Below are positions 8,883-20,676 of a DNA stretch of 64,000 bases, piece by piece; position 1 is the stretch's first letter, and the number at the start of each line of letters is the position of its first letter. The notes beneath the pieces were generated by a model that did no database searches, was not told where the DNA came from, and was given only the letters and a program-made list of their open reading frames with translations. The position numbers and the translations under genes were made by a program. Location of the stretch: contig CAWEAM010000010.1 in the NCBI GenBank assembly GCA_963807105.1, positions 324,773 to 388,772 of the forward strand, given 5' to 3'. The DNA comes from an uncultured Acidobacteriota bacterium. Its GTDB lineage: Bacteria > Acidobacteriota > Vicinamibacteria > Vicinamibacterales > UBA2999.

Positions 8883-10674
8883 ATGCAAAACGGCATCGCG
8901 CAATGGATGGCCAACCGAGCGCGGGGGCTTCTCGCGGCTGCGTTAGTAGCCGCGACGTTTATCTCGCGGGCTGATGCTTGGGCGCAGCCTGCGCCCACGC
9001 CCGGAGCCTCGACGCGGCCGAACATCGACTGCGGCGCGGCCGTGGGCGATCGGAACACCTGCGATGCCGATACTTCGTCCGGCGTCGTGTTGGTCCGGCA
9101 GGCCGGCGAGGGTAACTGCGTGCTCGGCAAAACCTGGGGCTTCGAGGCGAAGGCGGTCTGGGTCGCCGATGGATGTCGTGGCACGTTCGCGTTCACCGAC
9201 GATCGTCTGACCGTGACCTGCGCGGCTGCTGCAGGCGCACGCGAGGTCTGCGAGGCGAACACCGCCGCTGGCGTTGCGCTCGTCAAGGGCTCGCCCGCGT
9301 GCATGTTGGGTCGGACCTGGGGCTACGACCGGGATGGCATCTGGGTGTCGGACGGCTGCCAGGGGACGTTCGTCCTCACCACCCGCGGCGCGCTGGAATG
9401 CGGGTCGAATGGTGCGCGTCAACACTGCGACGCCGACACGTCCGCCGGCGTCGTGCTGGCGCGCTCGACCGCCACGGCGGCGTGTGTGCTGGGCGACTCT
9501 TGGGGCTATGACGCCACCGGCGTCTGGGTTGACAAGGGCTGTCGTGCCGAGTTCGTGCTGGGCAATTCAGAGCCTGGCGGTCCGGAAAACCAGGACCTCG
9601 ACGCTTTCTTCGGACTGCTCGAACCATACGGCCGGCTGCGCGGCCACGTTGCCTGGTTCAACGACGAAATCGAAGTGCAGGACGACGCCTCGTTCCTCGG
9701 TCTGAACTTTTCGACCCGCGGCGCGACGAAGTTCTTCGCAGCGACCGAGTGGGGTGTACAGCCTCGTACGCGGCGGACAGGTGTTCAACGCAGGCGGGAC
9801 CACCAGCGGCGGCGGCTTTCCAACGCTGGACGATCCGCAGGCGGACCAGGTGTTCAGTGCCAGGCTCGGCTACGTCGGCGTCGACTTCGGGCCGTTCGGG
9901 CGCATTGCCGCCGGCAAGCAGTATGCGGTTCACACCGATGTGACCTTGTACACAACAGACCAATTCACCGTGTTCGGCAGTCAGGCCAGCGCGACATACA
10001 CAGCGGGCACCGACGGCGGCTTCCTGGGCAGCGGCCGCGCCGACCAGACGCTGACGTATCGCAACACGCTCTTCAACGTGCTCCGGCTCGGCGGCCAGTT
10101 GCAGTTCAGGACCGCCGACAACAGCGAGACGATCGATGGGGCAGGCGTGTCCGCACAGTTGACCGTCCTGCCAGGGGTCCGCTTCGGTGCGGCCTACACA
10201 AAGAGCTATTTCGACGACGAGGTCGCGGCCCGCATTCGCGGGCTCGGCGACGATGCCGAGTTCATTGCGCTTGGCGCCAGCATCAACTGGAAGATGTTCC
10301 AGGCCGCCGTCGTCTATGCCGAACAGAACAACGGCGACCTCGCGCGCCTTGAATTGCCGGGCAATGTCGTCGAAGCGGTTGCCTTCGACGCCGACGGCTT
10401 TGAAGCGCTGTTGCGCGTCAACGTCCGGGGATTCACCGTCTACGGTGGGCTCAACTACTACCGGCCCGACGTCGTCGATCCAATCCTCAATCCCGACTTC
10501 CGAACGAGATATGCCATTGGTGGTCTGAACGTCGGGATCTTGCCGAACATGTACGCCTACGCGGAAGCACGCCTCTTCGACGACAGCGTGGGCCCGCAGG
10601 GTGAGGAAGGGTTCGATGTCCTTGCCATCGGTGTGCATTACGGCTTCAGCGTCAAGGGGTTCCATCGCCGGTAG
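8883..10674 (+). CDS. DUF3011-repeat / porin fusion, frameshift near 9755
   Basis: Signal peptide, three Cys-rich repeats (CDADTS.GV.L....C.LG.TWG....VWV.DGC..TF), then Gram-negative porin (RLGYVG, GRIAAGKQY, GSGRAD, IGVHYGF). Confidence 0.8.
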
Positions 10675-10749
10675 AAATTCCCGCTCGTCTGCAATCGGCT
10701 CGATCTGAAAAGCGCCCAACGAGCCGGAGTTAGTGATCGGTGGCGCGAC

Positions 10750-12022
10750 ATGGAGTTTGCTGTGTTGAATCTCTTCCAACCCACACTGTTCACGCTTCTG
10801 TTCCTGGTTCTGTCAGCTACCTTTGCGAGCGCGCAGCAAGTTGAGGTGGGCCGCGAACAGATCACGCTTCGGGGAACCGTGGAGGCCGTCGACCCCGCGG
10901 CCCGGACGGCCAGAATCCGCGGGGATAAAGGGATCGTCGTCACGGTCGACATTCCGCAGTCGGTCGTCCATCGACCAACTCAAAGTCAGCCGACGTCGTG
11001 AGCCTGTCGTACTACGACGTGGTCACCGTCCGCCCGAAAGCTCCTGGCGAGCCCGCCGTTGACCGGATCGATCCTCCGACCACGACGGCGACGGCCGGCG
11101 CTCTGCCCGGCGCCACGCTGGCGTCGAGCGCGTGTCAACGGTCACCATCACCGGCTGGGACCCTAAAATGCGAACGGTGACGTTCACGGGCCCCGGGGGT
11201 ACCAGTTACACTCGTCGTCTGCTGGATACGACCGACTCGGCCATCCTCGCGGCGCTGAAGGTTGGCGATCGCGTGGACGTGACGCGCACCGAAGCCGTTC
11301 GCTTCGCGGTCGAATCGCGCACGGCGGCGGCGCAAGTGGATCCGACCGACTCATTTCGCCATCGAGTCACGATCTCGGCAGTTTGGGGATGGGACAATCA
11401 GTTCAGCGGCAACATGATTCAGGAGGCCACGGGGCGAACGGCCACTGGCCTGCCGATCAACTTGAACGAGACGACCTACGACGACGTGTACGGCCGGATG
11501 GCGATGTTCAAGATTGGCGTCGGCTACCGCACGACGCCCCGCACCGAAGCAGTGGTCAACTTCGTCATCTCGCGGAGCTCGTCCGAGACCGCGAACATCG
11601 GCACCGTGTCCAACACCCCGCTGTTCGTGGACTTCGATGACTACAACTACTGGGGGTTCGAAGCCGGCCAGCGGTTCTTCTTCACCCGCGTCCGTTTCAC
11701 GCCCTATGTGGGTTACCTGTTGGGCCTCAACCGGTACGACGACATCAGAGGCACCTTCGTCGATGTCCCCCTGAATGTGACGCCAGGCCTCGCAGCGCAA
11801 GACGGCAAGTTCTTCGAGAAGTCCTGGGCGTTCAGCCTCGGCCCCACCGGCGGCGTGCTCATCGGCGTGGGGCCCTTCGAGGTGATGGCGGAGACGCAGC
11901 TGCGCTTCATGGGCGGCCTGTCGGATGTCGACTGGCTCGTCGAGGAGGGCCTGCGCGACATCAACAGCGAGAGCTCGCGCTGGTCGTTTCCAGTTCAGCT
12001 CGGCGCCAGGATTCGGTTCTGA
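10750..12022 (+). CDS. Tandem OB-fold-like domain fused to outer-membrane beta-barrel, frameshifted (~10970-11135)
   Basis: GTVEAVDPAARTARIRG, LSYYDVVTVRPKAPGEP, VTITGWDPKMRTVTFTGPGG, LKVGDRV, then amphipathic strands ending GARIRF. Confidence 0.75.
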
Positions 12023-12108
12023 TGACCTCCGAGCACGAGGCGCGGCAAAATCTCCATGCTGCGCCTCGTGTGTCGCACAACGACGACCTGAATGTGTTGC
12101 CGGTTCGA

Positions 12109-12879
12109 TCAGCGGCGCCGTTTTGCGCTCACAGACAATCCGAATAGATTGATGTTCACCATTCCTGGAAGGACCCGCTCATCCTGAACGCCATGAAGGT
12201 TTGTTCTAGCAATGTTGAAGTGGAGACTGACCTGCTTCTTGATCAACGGAGACACAAAGTCGCAGATCCGATAGCCGAAACCGACGGTGGTTGCCGGCTT
12301 CCAGTCGTGACCCCCCTGCCCGTCAGGAAGCATCACCAGCATGACGCCTATCGCGGGCATCGTGAATCGTCCGACCTCGAAAACTCCGATCTGCATCCCG
12401 ACGATGCCGTAGGTCGGCGTTGCTGGATATCGTGCCTGCATCCACAATCCAGTCAGATGAACTCGTTGAAAAAACGAGCTCTTCACGACTTTGTCGTTGA
12501 CATTGCCGCCCGACGTCGCCAGCGATGAACGCCGGCGTTGGAGAATAAGTAAAGGCTGGTCGTCCCAGTGGCGGAGAATGTAGCAGGCGCTCGCGATCAG
12601 TTCATCGACTCCCGCATAACCCTGACATTCCGCCTCGAGCCAAGCGGGCGGTTCGGGACGCTTCTTGCGTTCCCAGATCGGCTGATCGTTGAAGTTACGC
12701 GCGACCCTGTTCCCCCACTGCTCAAACCACTTCTCCCACGCGTGGTACTCTCTGAGCCACTTTGCAAGCTCGTCAAACCTTTGCTCGGCCTCCGACCCTC
12801 CCATCAACCCCTGCTCTTGAGCCACAGTAGGAGCTGCGCTCGCCACCAGGGCCAGCCCAACAAACACCGCGATCTTCAT
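12109..12879 (-). CDS. Exported hypothetical protein (helical N-half, beta-rich C-half)
   Basis: GGAGG RBS, MKIAVFVGLALVASAAPTVA signal peptide; open frame. Confidence 0.7.
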   Translation of the reverse strand: MKIAVFVGLALVASAAPTVAQEQGLMGGSEAEQRFDELAKWLREYHAWEKWFEQWGNRVARNFNDQPIWERKKRPEPPAWLEAECQGYAGVDELIASACYILRHWDDQPLLILQRRRSSLATSGGNVNDKVVKSSFFQRVHLTGLWMQARYPATPTYGIVGMQIGVFEVGRFTMPAIGVMLVMLPDGQGGHDWKPATTVGFGYRICDFVSPLIKKQVSLHFNIARTNLHGVQDERVLPGMVNINLFGLSVSAKRRR

Positions 12880-13297
12880 GAACCCTCCAGAAGGGATCCC
12901 GCTGCCACCGACTGTGAATCTGCGTTCCGTGGCGTCTTCGCCGGAATATCCACTCCGAAGTCGGCAGGCGATTCCGCCCGCCAAATCTTACGGATGAGCT
13001 TTAATTGCAGATCCTGCACCGCCTTTCAAGCGAAGTAAAGAATTTCGTCGGCAGCGTGTCTGGCGCGAAGCCGTGATGCACAAGGCTGCGCGCGGTGACG
13101 CGAAAATTCACACGGGAATGATTCACTGCGAATGAGGCACCGGTGCTGCAGCCGCAGCGGTAGTAGTGCGTCTCACTTTCCGTGCGCTCGTGGGTCACGC
13201 GCACGCCGCAGTAGGGCAATTGAGTCGGAGTGGGCCGTGCACGCCCCTATGATCGGCATGAGGCGGTGGGCTGCCAAGTCGGGGGTTTTCGGACTAG

Positions 13298-15027
<1,730 letters not shown>

Positions 15028-15084
15028 CTAGCACAGCCATGGCCGATGGCGGTCTGACATGGCCCACGCCATTACAGCCGGGCG

Positions 15085-15200
15085 CGCCTCGATCATCTAA
15101 AGGTCTCGCGCGCGCATGTCATTGATTACTCGCTGGGGGCGATGATCGCAGGCCGGCTGGCGACGATGCATCCGGAGCGGCTGCTCAGCGTCGTCGTCTA
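15085..15200 (+). pseudogene. Alpha/beta hydrolase internal fragment
   Basis: LDHLKVSRAHVIDYSLGAMIAGRLATMHPERLLSVV (GxSxG-elbow-like region only). Confidence 0.5.
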
Positions 15201-15261
15201 CCTGGCACTGATCGGCGCGAGGACCGCAATGCTTCGAATGTTCTGCGCCTGCCGCTGCGCT

Positions 15262-16092
15262 TCACGCTGGGTTGACACTCCAGGCCGCGATGATCGGCGG
15301 CGACACCAGCGCGCCGTCGGACGTAACCACTTCAGCGCGCAGTCGTGCTTCGAGGTCGTCGATCTCTCTGCTGTCCCCGTCGGCGATGCCGAGCGTCTTC
15401 GCAAACGGCAAAACGCTTCGAAGGCTGTCGGCCATGTACCGGTAGATGATCGCGTCAGGTCCTCCTTCCACCCGCGCGTGCAGCCGAATTGTCGGGACCG
15501 ACAGGCCGGCTGCCGTAAACACCTCGCGCAGGCGAAGGCCCATGCTGGCGTCAGCACCAGCAGCGCAGATGATACGTGTCATGAGTTGAAGCATTCGATC
15601 GTAGGTGGGCGAATGCGGCCTGGAGTGAAATCCCGCGACACAGGCGGTGAAGGCCGATTCGATCATGACGACGACGCCTCGCGCCCGAACGTGACGAGCA
15701 GCGGCGCCGAGCGTCGCGACGGGATCGGGCTGGTGCATGAGCACGAATCGTCCGACCAGTGCGTCAAAGGTGCGATCGTCGTCAAAGGCAGCGATATCGG
15801 CGACCTGGAACTCGACGTTCTGGCGTGATTCTGCTTGCGCCCGCGCGCGCGCCTCCGCAACCGCTCGCGCTGAGCGATCGATGCCGACCACCGATCCACC
15901 GGCGCCGATGATTTCGGCGACGAGCAACGACACATCACCGGCGCCACAGCCGATGTCGAGCACGCGCCACCCTGGTTGCAGTCCGGCCGCCACGAACGCC
16001 TGGCGCGTGATGTCCTCGAAAAACGTACTCTGCAGCCGAAGTCGATCGAGTTCGGCGTGGGAGTGGCCCAGAACGTAGAGCGGATCGCTCAC
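15262..16092 (-). CDS. Class I SAM-dependent methyltransferase
   Basis: YVLGHSHAELDRL, VLDIGCGAGDV, FDALVGRFVLMH; GTGA overlap with the upstream gene. Confidence 0.9.
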   Translation of the reverse strand: MSDPLYVLGHSHAELDRLRLQSTFFEDITRQAFVAAGLQPGWRVLDIGCGAGDVSLLVAEIIGAGGSVVGIDRSARAVAEARARAQAESRQNVEFQVADIAAFDDDRTFDALVGRFVLMHQPDPVATLGAAARHVRARGVVVMIESAFTACVAGFHSRPHSPTYDRMLQLMTRIICAAGADASMGLRLREVFTAAGLSVPTIRLHARVEGGPDAIIYRYMADSLRSVLPFAKTLGIADGDSREIDDLEARLRAEVVTSDGALVSPPIIAAWSVNPA

Positions 16093-17015
16093 AGCGCCAG
16101 ATCCCACGTCTCCGCGACCAGCCGCTCCCGGCCGAAGCTGTCGTGCGACTTCTTCGCGGTGAGCGTGAACCCAGCCTTCTTGTAGAGACGACGAGCAGCG
16201 TCGAGCTCGCTCTGCGTCCAGAGCGTGATCCTGTGGTAGCCAGCGCGCTTGGCGAAGCGAATGCACTCCGCGATGAGGCGCGAACCGATACCCATGCCAC
16301 GCGCCGAGGGTTCGACGAGGAGGAGCCGAAGCTGGACGACGGTGTCCGACTTCCGGACAAGGAACACGGAGCCGACGATTTCACCGTCTTTCTCCGCCAT
16401 CCAGCAGCGTTCCTTCGCTGGCTGGAAGTTCTTGACGAAGTCGGCAACAATCTCCGCGGCCAGCGCCTCGAACTGCTCGTTGTAGCCCCACTCCTCCGCG
16501 TAGAGGAGGCCCTGCCTGTGCACCACCCAGCCGAGGTCGCCTGCGTGCGGCGGTCGAATGACGTACGGCGCCGATCTGTTCGTTCGCTCATCACTCAGCA
16601 CATCCTCGATCACGCGCATCGCGCCGACCACTCGCTGCTGATCGCCGGCCGAAAGCCGTTTCAGCATCGCGGCGACGTCGTCGTGGGTCTGCTGGTTCAA
16701 CTTCGCGAACGCCGATTGACCAGAGCGCGTGAGCGACAAGTGGGCGCGACGGCCGTCGGCTTCGGATCGCGTACACCGTACCAGGCCGCGCCGTTCCAAA
16801 TTGCGCAGCATGCGGCTCAGATAGCCGGCATCGAGACCCAGTTCGCGGCCAAGGTCGGTTGCCGTTGGCTGCTCGTGATGCGCGAGTTCGAAGAGGACAC
16901 GCGCCTCAGCCAACGTGAACTGGATACCCAACCAGCCGTGCTGCAGGACACCAATCCGTTTGGTGTAGAAGCGGTTGAAGCTGCGGACGGCATGGACGCG
17001 CGCGGCTGAATCCAT
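16089..17015 (-). CDS. Bifunctional MarR-HTH / GNAT acetyltransferase
   Basis: VRSFNRFYT, LDAGYLSR, LRLLLVEPSARGMGIG, ARRLYKKAGF. Confidence 0.92.
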   Translation of the reverse strand: MDSAARVHAVRSFNRFYTKRIGVLQHGWLGIQFTLAEARVLFELAHHEQPTATDLGRELGLDAGYLSRMLRNLERRGLVRCTRSEADGRRAHLSLTRSGQSAFAKLNQQTHDDVAAMLKRLSAGDQQRVVGAMRVIEDVLSDERTNRSAPYVIRPPHAGDLGWVVHRQGLLYAEEWGYNEQFEALAAEIVADFVKNFQPAKERCWMAEKDGEIVGSVFLVRKSDTVVQLRLLLVEPSARGMGIGSRLIAECIRFAKRAGYHRITLWTQSELDAARRLYKKAGFTLTAKKSHDSFGRERLVAETWDLAL

Positions 17016-17023
17016 GGCCGCAC

Positions 17024-17052
17024 ATTGTCAAATACTTTGTTGCCTAAGTCAA
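17024..17052 (-). promoter_or_regulatory. sigma70 promoter with MarR-type palindrome over -35
   Basis: Minus strand TTGACT-17nt-GACAAT, 8 nt before ATG; imperfect palindrome TTGACTTAGGCAA. Confidence 0.6.
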
Positions 17053-17265
17053 ATAATACAGCGGTGCGCCAGCGCCGTGATTGATCAACATCAAAAACGC
17101 CCCGTCGCTTCTAAGCACGTCGAGTCCGCAACTTGGCTCATCCACTCGGCGTGATGCCGTGATCGGGCGTCGTGTGGACTCCTGATGCTACGGCGATCGC
17201 CGGGGCATCGCGCGTGTGGTCGTGTCCGTAAAGGGCCCGATCGACGTCGACCAAGCACTGTCGGA

Positions 17266-17728
17266 CTAGGGGGCGATGTCGAGCCCTGCCTTCCGCAGGC
17301 CGTCGATCAACTGCTCGACCAGGTCCGGCGGGTACCATCTCGCGAGCGCGTCACGCGCGATGAGCACGATGTCGGGCTTCAGAACAAGCAAGTCTCGCAG
17401 GGCTTCGCGCGCCGCTTCATGCTCGGCGAGCTGCCCGTAAGTCGCGGCGATCACCAGATGCGTATAGAAGAAGTGCGGCAGGTTGATTTTCAACGCGATG
17501 CTCAGCGCGCCGTGGTAGTCGCCTTTGCGGTACGCGTTGTAGAAAAAAGGAAACCAGTACCACCCGGGGTGGTGCGGATTGCTCGGAGTCGCGAGCGAAT
17601 TCCGGCGGGTGGACTTCCAGCGCGACGTCGCGTCCGAGTTTCGTGTCGGTCGCGCGATACACTTCGCCCATTCCGCCGGCGCCGATGGCGGCTGTGATGT
17701 GGTAGCGAGCCAGTGTGCGGCCGATCAT
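17266..17728 (-). pseudogene. Ser/Thr kinase-TPR gene with large internal deletion
   Basis: MIGRTLARYHITAAIGAGGMGEVYRATDTKLGRDVAL joined directly to NPHHPGWYWF...LIDGLRKAGL. Confidence 0.8.
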
Positions 17729-17883
17729 CTCGAGCACGTTTCGTTCAGGCGGAAGCAAACATCGACGCGGCGGCGCGCCGTTCGATGGCGACTGCGGGAG
17801 CCGCGATTGTAGCGCGGGCGCAACGGCGCGGCCGCACTGTGTCCATCATGGCTCATGAACAAGAGATGTCCTATCATCGCGGC

Positions 17884-19024
17884 ATGATCCTGCCGATCGC
17901 GCTCCTTCTCCTCGCCAGTCCCGCACAGCCGTCCTCGGTTGCCACTGAACTCTGGTTAGGTCGATCCGCGGAGCTGGCGCTCGCCTGCGTTCACAAGGAT
18001 ACCCCAATAAGATCGCCCACGTGCTGAACGGCGACACCGACGTGAGGCCGCCGCACGAGCTGACACCCGCGTTCTATGGGTGCTACGACTGGCATTCGTC
18101 CGTGCACGGCCACTGGCTCCTGGCGCGCGTCGCGCGCCTCCACGGAGACGCGCCGTTTGCCGCCCGCGCGCGGGCGGCACTCGACCAGAGCATCACCGCG
18201 GCGAATATCGCCGCGGAGGTGCGCTACCTGAATGGCACGGGCCGCGTCTCCTTCGAGAGGCCGTACGGGCTGGCGTGGCTTCTCCAACTCCATACCGAGT
18301 TGCACGAATGGGCGACAGCGCGGCCGGCTGACGGGGACGTTCGGAAATGGGCAGAGACGCTCGAGCCGTTGACCAGCGCCGCGATCTCGCGGATCGCCGA
18401 CTGGCTGCCGAAGCTGACGGCGCCGATTCGGATCGGCGAGCACTCGCAGACGGCCTTTTCGTTCGGATTGATGCTCGACTGGGCCCGCGCGACGAGCGAG
18501 AAGAAACTGACGTCGCTACTGCTGTCCCGCTCGCGCGATTTCTACCTGAACGATCGCGCGTGCCCGCTGGCCTACGAGCCGTCCGGCGAAGACTTCCTGT
18601 CACCCTGCGTGGCGGAGGCCGACCTGATGCGGCGCGTGCTGCCGGAGGCGGAGTTCACGCGCTGGCTGCGCGACTTTCTGCCGTCGTTGCCGACCGACGG
18701 TCGAGGCGACTGGCTCGCGCCCGGCGTTGTGACCGACCCCACCGATCCCAAGCTTGGGCATCTCTACGGACGAACCTCTCGAGGGCGTGGATGCTCCACG
18801 CAATCGCGCGAAGCCTCCCGGCGTCCGATCCGCGCGGCGCGGCGCTCATGGCCGCCGCGCGGATTCACGGCACCGCTGGAATGACAGGCGTAACGGGGGA
18901 GCACTACGAAAGTGGCCACTGGCTGGGCACATTCGCCGTGTACCTCGAATCCGGCCGTGGTATGCCGGTTCCCGCCCCGCGAGACGGTAGCGAAGCCAAT
19001 GTTGCGCAGTTGAAGACCAATTAG
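17884..19024 (+). CDS. DUF2891-family exported protein, two frameshifts (~18000, ~18770)
   Basis: PAFYGCYDWHSSVHGHW, FERPYGLAW, YEPSGEDFLSP, NLSRAWML, HWLGTFAVY. Confidence 0.85.
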
Positions 19025-19098
19025 TCGCGCAACCGGAATCCCCGGGCTTTCGGCTGGAGCCGAGCAAGGTATGGATCGTCACCTCGAGTTTTCCGCCG

Positions 19099-20394
19099 TC
19101 ATGACGCAGGTCCGGCCGCGGGCATCGCCGGGACCGGTACCAACGGCGCACTGAACTCGCCAACCTTCTCGGACGCATCGACCCTCAGCCACAGCATCGC
19201 GCCGATGAACAACAGCGCCGCCATCGGCACGAACGGCGCGTCGTAGCTGCCCGAGCGGTCAACGATGTAGCCGTACAGCACCGAGCCGGCGAGCCCGCCC
19301 ACCTGCGCGGCCATGTTCATCAGGCCCACTGTCGCGCCGGCGCGCGGTCCGCCGATGTCCAGGCACACGCCGAATACTCCCGACTGCTGGAAGGTGATCG
19401 CCCCGTAGGTCAGGGCCAGGAAGACCACAGTGAGCACCGGATGCTGCGTGAGCATGGCGGCGACGGTGAACACGGCGGCGGTGGCCAGTGCCGTGGCGCC
19501 GATGAATCGGCGGCCGCGCTTCGTACCGAGCCGGCGCACGAGCGCGTCGCTGGCGGCGCCGCCGGCGAGATTCGCGAATGCGGCTACCACGAACGGCAGC
19601 GCCGACAGCACCAGGCCTGCCTCGCTGAATCCCCGGCCGCGGACCAGGAACGTGTGGAACCACGTCAGGAAGAAGTTGTAGACGTAGACGTAGCAGAACG
19701 CCAGTCCGAGCATGGCCCACACGGTCTGCGACCGGGCAGCCGCACGCCACGGGAAGGCGTGGCCGGCCGGGTGCGGCGCGGCGGCCGCGGCGGGTGCCTC
19801 GGGTGCACGCTGTCGCTGCTTCTCTTCAGGTGAGTCGCGGAACCACGTGTACCAGACCGCCGCCCACACCAGCCCCGCGACGCCGAACACGTAGAACGAC
19901 ATCCGCCAGCCGTAGCGCATCTGGATCGGCAGCACCAGCAGCGGCGCGATGGCGCCGCCCACCTGGCTGGCCATCAGATTCACGCCCGACATCGTGGCGC
20001 GCTGCGCCGGCGGGAACCACCGTGCGACGACGATGGTCGCATTCGGAAACGCGCCGGCCTCTCCCGCCCCGAAGAGGAATCGGATGACGAGCAGCGGGAA
20101 GAAGCCGCTCACCGTGCCGGTCAGGATGGTGAACACCGACCACCACCCGACGATGCGTGTCAGCACCAGGCGAGGGCCGAGGCGGTCGCCCATCGTGCCA
20201 GTCGGAATCTCGAACACGCAGTAGGCGAACGTGAAGATGCCGGTGACCCAGCCCCAGCCGATCGGGTCGATCCCGAGCTCGGCCTGCATCCGCGGCCCCG
20301 CCACCGAGATGCACACGCGATCGAGATAGGTGATGGCGAAGAGCAGGAAGAGCAGACCAACCACGCCGCGCCGGTCGCCCGCTGGGTTCGACAT
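19099..20394 (-). CDS. MFS transporter (anion:cation symporter-like)
   Basis: ITYLDRVCIS, EIPTG.MGDRLG, GAGEAGAFP, WFRDSP; 12 TM. Confidence 0.92.
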   Translation of the reverse strand: MSNPAGDRRGVVGLLFLLFAITYLDRVCISVAGPRMQAELGIDPIGWGWVTGIFTFAYCVFEIPTGTMGDRLGPRLVLTRIVGWWSVFTILTGTVSGFFPLLVIRFLFGAGEAGAFPNATIVVARWFPPAQRATMSGVNLMASQVGGAIAPLLVLPIQMRYGWRMSFYVFGVAGLVWAAVWYTWFRDSPEEKQRQRAPEAPAAAAAPHPAGHAFPWRAAARSQTVWAMLGLAFCYVYVYNFFLTWFHTFLVRGRGFSEAGLVLSALPFVVAAFANLAGGAASDALVRRLGTKRGRRFIGATALATAAVFTVAAMLTQHPVLTVVFLALTYGAITFQQSGVFGVCLDIGGPRAGATVGLMNMAAQVGGLAGSVLYGYIVDRSGSYDAPFVPMAALLFIGAMLWLRVDASEKVGEFSAPLVPVPAMPAAGPAS

Positions 20395-20676
20395 CACGGC
20401 GGATTGTGTCACGGATGAGCCGGCCGCGCGAGGGCGCCGCCAAGCCACGCCCGTAGCGCTCGCGGTGATGCTCGAGAGTTGTGGCTCTGTCCAAAAAATG
20501 TAGACAAGCCGGCGGCGCCCAAACGGTTGTGGCAGAATCGCGGCCGAACACCGCCGCAGCTTAGCCAGCCGCGGCGGCTCACGATCGCACTGGCACCGCG
20601 ATGTGTCCGTTGATGGGAACTGCCTACGGTCCTTTCGAGCTAAGACATCGCCTCGTTCGTTTTTCCGAGCGCACCG

